64,000 bases of DNA, taken from NCBI GenBank assembly GCA_044867485.1, contig JBIOVA010000218.1:16462-80461 (forward strand), read 5' to 3'. The first letter of the stretch is position 1. Each line of letters starts with the position of its first letter. Source of the stretch: Lacipirellulaceae bacterium (lineage in GTDB: Bacteria; Planctomycetota; Planctomycetia; Pirellulales; Lacipirellulaceae). Under the pieces are notes generated by a model. It saw nothing but the letters and a program-made list of their open reading frames with translations. It was not told where the DNA came from and did not search any database. The position numbers and the translations under genes were made by a program. Positions 63,746 through 64,000 of the stretch are shown here, one piece after another.

Positions 63746-64000
63746 ATGTCCTCCTCCCTCACCTGGCTAACCCTTAGCCTCGTCGCCGCGCTGGCCCTCC
63801 AACTCCGCCACGCCTCCGCTCAGAACGCCGTCGCGGCGCCAAACGGCGGCTCGCTCGGCAACACCAACGCCGACGCCCGCGCCGACGCGTTCATCACCGA
63901 CTATGAGTCCCGCGTCCGCCCGCTGGAGATCGCCGTCAACCTCGCGTGGTGGAAGGCCAACACCTCTGGCAAAGACGAGGACTTTGCCGCCAAGGAAGCC
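63746..64000 (+). CDS. Secreted M2/M3-type (peptidyl-dipeptidase-like) metallopeptidase, 3'-truncated by the window edge
   Basis: AAGGAA SD and signal peptide, then ADAFITDYESRVRPLEIAVNLAWWKANTSGKDEDFAAKE, which resembles the N-terminus of planctomycete M2/M3 peptidases. The catalytic motif lies outside the window. Confidence 0.6.
   Translation, partial: MSSSLTWLTLSLVAALALQLRHASAQNAVAAPNGGSLGNTNADARADAFITDYESRVRPLEIAVNLAWWKANTSGKDEDFAAKEA

Overview
GC-rich bacterial DNA that reads as Planctomycetota (Pirellulales/Lacipirellula-like). The evidence is PEP-CTERM proteins, a DUF1592/DUF1552 pair, an exoprotein with a planctomycete-type LEDRRMLA leader and dockerin-like repeats, and many Cys-type sulfatases. 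All family assignments come from motif recognition; no database search was run. Bases 1-30.5 kb are mostly conserved housekeeping and envelope genes: a GH51 arabinofuranosidase, an NtrC-type two-component pair, an LptF/G permease, PP2C, mlaEFD, an ECF sigma/anti-sigma operon, clpC, thiE, manC, ruvX, TIGR03790 and DUF1592-DUF1552. Bases 30.5-64 kb are accessory: a FadL-like barrel, a 1270-aa membrane patatin with a HEAT-like tail, a 16-kb block of five sulfatases with accessory genes, a ~1670-aa Gly-rich beta-helix exoprotein, a CRTAC1-like PEP-CTERM protein, an MmeI C-terminal remnant and the start of a metallopeptidase. Three observations stand out. (1) A palindromic box, ideal form T(G/A)TAC-N4-GTA(C/T)A, sits in three separate sigma70-like promoters, each leading into unannotated DNA; this is a candidate repressor (LexA-like) regulon. 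(2) A ~190-aa hydrophobic, translocator- or pore-like cassette is spliced into a loop of the beta-helix exoprotein. (3) The patatin-HEAT membrane protein is a stand-alone gene with its own promoter. Several REP-like palindrome families also occur, some in-frame inside the anti-sigma gene.
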